From: Candidatus Eiseniibacteriota bacterium
GTDB lineage: Bacteria; Eisenbacteria; RBG-16-71-46; CAZAMP01
Length of the DNA: 64,000 nucleotides
Assembly (NCBI GenBank): GCA_965224245.1
Contig: OZ245046.1
Span: 4,800,001 to 4,864,000, forward strand
Direction of reading: 5' to 3'
The notes under the pieces: generated by a model
Database searches by the model: none
Told to the model about the DNA's origin: nothing
The model's input: only the letters and a program-made list of their open reading frames with translations
Made by a program: the position numbers and the translations under genes
Part shown: positions 61,610 through 64,000 of the stretch, piece by piece
Numbering within the stretch: position 1 is the stretch's first letter
Layout of the letters: each line of letters opens with the position of its first letter

Positions 61610-62820
61610 AACATGCCGCCGTGGTGATGGTCGTGGGGCTATCGACCGCCCTGGCCGTGTCCGTGGTCGAGGCGGACAGCATTTTCTCTGGATTTGGTTA
61701 TGGAAGACTCCTGCATCCGGTCGACGCACGCGCGGCGGGCATGGGGGACGTCTCGCTGGTCTCGAGCTCCGCGTGGTCGTTCAGCCCTCGCAACCCCTCG
61801 CTGATGGCGGGGCTTCCCGACGCGGCCGCCTACCTGTCGTTCAACGCGGACTTCACACAGGTGGACGCCGGCGCCGGGCGCGAGACCCGGCCCGACGGTG
61901 GGCTGCCGTTCGTCGCCGTCGGGCTCCCCATCTCCCGCGTGACCCTGGCGCTGTCGCTGTTCGAGATGACCGATGCCCGGCACAGCTTCGTACAGCGCAT
62001 CGAGGGCGACCCGACCGCCTACGACCTGATCTCCGAGGGCAGCGGCGCCTGGTCGCGCATCCAGGCCGCGGTCGCGGGGTCGGTCGGGCGATCGTTGAGC
62101 GTGGGGGCGTCGGTCGGCATCCCGTTCTCGTCCATCGAGGATCACGTCACACGCGACTTCCACACCACAGGATACGTGGATCGGGACGAGCGGTCGCGGA
62201 CGAGCCTCGAGGACGTGTCGTTCCTGGCCCTGGGCGCACAGTACCGCGTCGGCGCCCTGACCTTCGGCGGGTTCGGCGAGCTTCCGACCAGTGGCGAGAT
62301 CTCGACGGTCGTCGAGCTGATCGGCGACACCGAGACCCGGACGACCTACGACATCTCCCTGCCCGGGGCGTTCGGGGTCGCGGGCTCGTTCCTCGTGTCG
62401 CCGACTCTGGCCGTGTCGGGGGAGTTCCGCCGGCAGCCATGGTCCGACGTGGAGATCGACGATGTGCCATGGGAGGAGAGCGATCTCGACATCGCACGCG
62501 CCTACGAGGACGTCGACGCGTGGGGGGTCGGGCTGGAGTGGCGGCGGGGCGCCCGATCCGAGTCCATCCGGGTGCGAGACCACATCCAGTACCGCCTCGG
62601 CTACGCATTCACCCCGTGGATGACCGCCGGGCCCAACGGGGGTCGGGTGACGGACCGAAGCCTGACCACCGGCATCGGGATCCCGTTCGCGCGCGACAAC
62701 GGCGAGCTGAACGTGGCGCTGCGGTACACGCAGCGCCGCGAGGCCGGGAGCGATCTCCGCGAGAACGTCGTCAGCGTGACGTTCGGGGTGTCCTTCGCAC
62801 GACAGCCCCGGGACTACTGA
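61606..62820 (+). CDS. FadL/PorV-like outer-membrane beta-barrel
   Basis: SIFSGFGYG, ARAAGMG, NPS motif, beta strands, terminal VTFGVSF. Confidence 0.75.
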   Translation: MKHAAVVMVVGLSTALAVSVVEADSIFSGFGYGRLLHPVDARAAGMGDVSLVSSSAWSFSPRNPSLMAGLPDAAAYLSFNADFTQVDAGAGRETRPDGGLPFVAVGLPISRVTLALSLFEMTDARHSFVQRIEGDPTAYDLISEGSGAWSRIQAAVAGSVGRSLSVGASVGIPFSSIEDHVTRDFHTTGYVDRDERSRTSLEDVSFLALGAQYRVGALTFGGFGELPTSGEISTVVELIGDTETRTTYDISLPGAFGVAGSFLVSPTLAVSGEFRRQPWSDVEIDDVPWEESDLDIARAYEDVDAWGVGLEWRRGARSESIRVRDHIQYRLGYAFTPWMTAGPNGGRVTDRSLTTGIGIPFARDNGELNVALRYTQRREAGSDLRENVVSVTFGVSFARQPRDY

Positions 62821-62953
62821 TCGCCGCCAGGCGCTTCTCGACGCGCTTCTCCCGCGTGGCGCCCGCCGCCGCGGTCCCTCCTGGCCGGAGCGATCCCCCG
62901 ACGAGACGAAAAAGAGTGACGGCACCCGGTACATCCCCGGCTAGAGTCTCGAC

Positions 62954-64000
62954 ATGACTCGCGCACGTCAGGACACCGCGATCGTCCTCGCGGTCGCGCT
63001 CGCGCTCCGGCTCGTGTACGCCATTCAGCACAGCGCGACGATCTACTTCGACCATCCGATCCTGGACTCTCTGTGGATTCACCAGTGGGCCCAGGCGCTC
63101 GTGCGCGGGGAGGGGTCGGGTGACGGGGCGTACTTCCGTGCGCCGCTCTACCCGATGCTCCTGGCGGGCCTGTATCGCGCCTTCGGAACCTCACAATGGG
63201 TGGTCGTCGCGTTCCAGCACCTTCTCGGGGCGGCCACCGCGGTGTTGTGCCTGAGGATCGGGACGGCCATCGGCGGCCGGGGCGTCGGGCTGATTGCGGG
63301 GCTCCTGTGGGCGGGCTGGTGGACCGCCATCTTCTTCGAGGGCGAGATCCTCATCGTGACCCTGGCCACCTTCCTGGGGACCGTCGTCCTGGAGCGTCTG
63401 ATTGCGGCATGCCGGCAGGCCCCGGGATCGCGCGGCCGCACGTGGAGGCTGGCGAGCGCCGGCGCCGCGCTCGGGCTCGCCGCGATCGCACGCCCGAACT
63501 TCCTGATCCTGGCCCCACTGGTCGCCTTCGCGCCGTGGGCGGCCGATCGGAGAGTTGCCGCGCACTCCGGAGCTGGCCGGCCGGAGCTCCGCGTCGGGAG
63601 GTCCGTTCTCGTGGCGCTCGGGTCGATGGTCGCGGTCATCCTGCCCGTGACCGTGCGAAACCTCGTCGTCGGACACGACCTCGTGCCGATCGCGGCACAG
63701 GGTGGACTGAACTTCTACGTCGGCAACGGGCCCGATGCCGACGGCAAGACGGCGATCGCGCCCGGGTCCATCGGACCGATGCGGCGTGACGTCATGACAT
63801 CCGCGTTCAGGGACAACGTCACGCTGGCGGGACGGGAGATCGCGGAGGGGGAGGAGGGCCGCGCGCTGAAGGAATCGGAGGTGTCGAGATACTGGCTGGG
63901 GCGCGCGGTGGCATTCATCGTCGGCGATGGTCCGGGCTGGCTCAGGCTCGCGATGACGAAATGTTACTATTTAATAAATAGTTTTGAAATAAGCGACAAC
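62954..64000 (+). CDS. GT-C (family 39/ArnT-PMT-like) glycosyltransferase, truncated by the window edge
   Basis: Not in the ORF track; hand translation MTRARQDTAIVLAVALALRLVY...PILDS...YFRAPLYP...RPN...RN...GGLNFYVGNGP. Confidence 0.85.
   Translation, partial: MTRARQDTAIVLAVALALRLVYAIQHSATIYFDHPILDSLWIHQWAQALVRGEGSGDGAYFRAPLYPMLLAGLYRAFGTSQWVVVAFQHLLGAATAVLCLRIGTAIGGRGVGLIAGLLWAGWWTAIFFEGEILIVTLATFLGTVVLERLIAACRQAPGSRGRTWRLASAGAALGLAAIARPNFLILAPLVAFAPWAADRRVAAHSGAGRPELRVGRSVLVALGSMVAVILPVTVRNLVVGHDLVPIAAQGGLNFYVGNGPDADGKTAIAPGSIGPMRRDVMTSAFRDNVTLAGREIAEGEEGRALKESEVSRYWLGRAVAFIVGDGPGWLRLAMTKCYYLINSFEISDN

Overview
High-GC bacterial chromosome segment containing the replication origin: mnmE-jag-yidC-yidD-rnpA-rpmH on the minus strand, an inserted GT-C-like gene, then dnaA-dnaN-dciA-gyrB-gyrA on the plus strand. 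The left 14.5 kb is a PEP-CTERM/exosortase locus with a sugar transferase, PrsR, PrsK, a TPR lipoprotein, exosortase, EpsI, a polysaccharide deacetylase and two PEP-CTERM genes, each with a sigma-54 promoter. The middle holds secreted proteins with FlgD-like or SWGxIKxxY C-terminal tails, metabolic singletons, a His-less kinase, a PAS sigma-54 activator/DUF2892/thioredoxin module and tex. The strongest signals not shown by the ORF track are: (1) an exported thioredoxin-TPR protein split by an in-frame UGA in a W-U-G-S-C motif and followed by a SECIS-like hairpin (probable selenoprotein); (2) two inverted ~100-120 nt hairpin elements with compensatory changes flanking a decayed secreted-protein gene; (3) two head-to-head DnaA-box/DnaA-trio modules between dnaA and dnaN. 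The C-terminal tails suggest an FCB-related candidate lineage (Eisenbacteria/Krumholzibacteria/Latescibacteria-like), which is inference only. All family calls are by motif recognition; no database searches were run.
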